In this document: positions 61,773 to 64,000 of the stretch, piece by piece
Position numbering within the stretch: the first letter of the stretch is position 1
Layout of the letters: the number at the start of each line of letters is the position of its first letter
From: Rhizophagus irregularis
Taxonomy: Eukaryota
Length of the DNA stretch: 64,000 nt
Direction: 5' to 3'
Assembly: GCF_026210795.1 (NCBI RefSeq)
Contig: NC_089431.1
Span: forward strand, 1,240,001 to 1,304,000
The notes under the pieces: model-generated
Told to the model about the DNA's origin: nothing
Database searches by the model: none
The model's input: the letters and a program-made list of their open reading frames with translations, nothing else
Translations under genes and position numbers: made by a program

Positions 61773-64000
61773 TAATTGGTTTTATTACCGCATTTAGTGA
61801 TTATATTTAAGTCAGTATTACCAATCAGAATTTGGCGCAGTCTGGAGCTTCACACACATTTCTGTGCAATGACATGGGTGATCACACGGGAAGGTCTGTG
61901 TAACATTTTAATTTCTAAAATACAACATGCTAATATAATTTTAGTTATTTCAGTTAGGGGTAATCCGTAACACAATTTCACGAAAGCAATAAAGATCCCA
62001 TATTGAGATTGATTTAATACAATAACAACAATTATTTTCAAACTTTCTTTATCTTCTTTTTACGGTTTGTGGTTTACGCCAAATCCTGAGAAGATAATCT
62101 AACAGGCATTTTGTAATGGCTCCGAATCTCCGATTCACTTTTATGAAAATGATAAAGTAACCCGTTGCGTTGCGGGGATGGGACTTTGCCTATTAAGCCA
62201 AGAGAGTAATCACGTGAATAGGTCTAGTTTTTTGCTATTATTATGATGGAATTAGTAAGTAATAAATGTAATAAATTTATATAATTTATATGCTTATACA
62301 AATAATAGTAAATTGTGTGTGTGTGTTACACAGTATATGAAATATTATTATTAAATAATTCAACCTTTTTTTTCGTTGATCTTGTTTGTTTCAGTGAAAT
62401 CATTATTGAAGTGATATTATGTGATATATTGATGGAAAATCAATGCAAATTTTATTTATCATATGAAATAAATGTTGCAGCACTGTGGAATTTATTATTT
62501 ATTTATATATTTACAAATTCATTACAAAAACAATTTTGAATACGTAGTCTATTGTTACAAAAAAAAAAATAATCCTTTTTTTATTTTTATTTTTTATCTT
62601 AAAAAATTCATTATAGCTACAGAAAAAAATATCTCACTAGTTACATGAAAAAAAAAGAAATCCCATAAATCACGTGTTCACAATTCAGAATTATTTTTAC
62701 AGGCTAGATTATTGCTTAAAATTATTTGATTCAATGCCATTTTCAATTTAGTGCGACCCTAATTGTGTAACCAGATGTAAATTTAATTTGATTTCCCCAT
62801 TTTTTTTCAATTGCTTCTAATAAAAGTTTCTTGTTAAGTTTTATTTCTCGTAAATTTCCCATGATTTTATAAACTTTTTATGACAAACTATACACTTACA
62901 AGGTTATAAGTACGATATTTTCCAGGTAAGAGTTGGTTTTCTAGTTATGAAGTTTTACAGATTTCCTTCGACTTTCTTTTTATGCAAAAGTTGTCTTAAA
63001 AGTTATACTTTCGAACAAAAACATTACTTTTATTTAATTATACAAAGTTAAACAAGTGTTAATTAAGTATTTTTTAATAGGTTTAAGTTTTATTGAATAA
63101 ACTATACATTTCACATAATTTATGTTATAATTAGTATTATGTCGGTATAACTATGTATAGTCATGTCAGATTAAGATAATTTTAAAGTATTAGGACAAGC
63201 TTTGTTTGTTCTTTTAGAATATTAAAAATTATTTAAATTGAATCACAGAAAAAACATAATTATTAAATTTTAAAATTATACTTGTTTCTTTTTTTTTCGC
63301 TCGAAATTAATCACGTGATACAGCTAATTTTATTGGCTTCTCACTATATGATACGCGTCCTGATGAAAAATTATGGAGGTCGCACTAAATTGAAAACAGC
63401 GATAATTATATTCGCTCAATTCTGTAAATTTTTATATTTTGACCGTTATTTGTTAAAAAAAGCAAGGTTAATCTTTTGATCTTTTGGAATATTAATATGG
63501 GTAGATCGTTATACTAAAATGGAAACAGGACGCTTGACGTTCCCTCCGTACAAATAAATTATCATGAGTGACCAGAGTCCACAGCTAGTTACACTCAATT
63601 GGTAAATTAGCCTTGCAAAACTCGGGGCAACGCCCACAACTATTATCGATTTTTTAAAAAAAGTTATAGTAATGGTAATCTGGGAAAAAATTTGTCCATG
63701 TCCTGTTTTTAAGCAATGCAAACAAAGAAATGGGCGTAATCGCATCAGTTTGATTTTATCGATTCTTTCATTAGAGATGGCCCATTCATTCTTTAAAAGG
63801 AAATCCTATTTGTTGATTATCTGATTATTCAATGGATAACGAATAAAGGTTATATTATTTCATTTTCTTTTGCTGCTGACTAATTTATTTTAACGAATTT
63901 TCTAATTGACTAACTAATTTTATTTAAATTATGATAGAATTATAACCGGTTGTTAAATAAACTATTCTTGAAATTGAAATTTTTGTTACTTAAAGGAGCA

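Overview
Very AT-rich, intron-containing eukaryotic DNA. The gene content strongly suggests an arbuscular mycorrhizal fungus (Glomeromycotina, Rhizophagus-like; inference): expanded TKL-type protein kinases with a CxxC..WCxxC N-terminal knuckle, F-box/RNI-like genes, BTB-BACK, SAM/Crinkler-like and OB-fold remnants. The window holds four apparently intact kinase genes (one 5'-truncated by the window edge, two in a ~4-kb tandem duplication, one intronless), a frameshifted pseudokinase, a decayed kinase, a class I SAM methyltransferase, one intact and one disrupted F-box/RNI gene, many MITEs with readable TIRs and TSDs, a 61-bp palindromic satellite and a 1.5-kb foldback. The most notable part is 9.5-14.7 kb. 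It contains an intact four-exon Crypton-type tyrosine recombinase (R-K-HxxR-H-Y all present) set in a chain of abutting inverted-repeat modules joined by dif/lox-like ATAA-N5-7-TTAT junctions. Related modules are dispersed elsewhere, including one inserted in a kinase intron. One putative module encloses a 43-aa spliced, secreted Cys-rich micropeptide gene that the ORF track misses. All exon structures were deduced by eye from splice signals and paralog comparison; no database searches were run.
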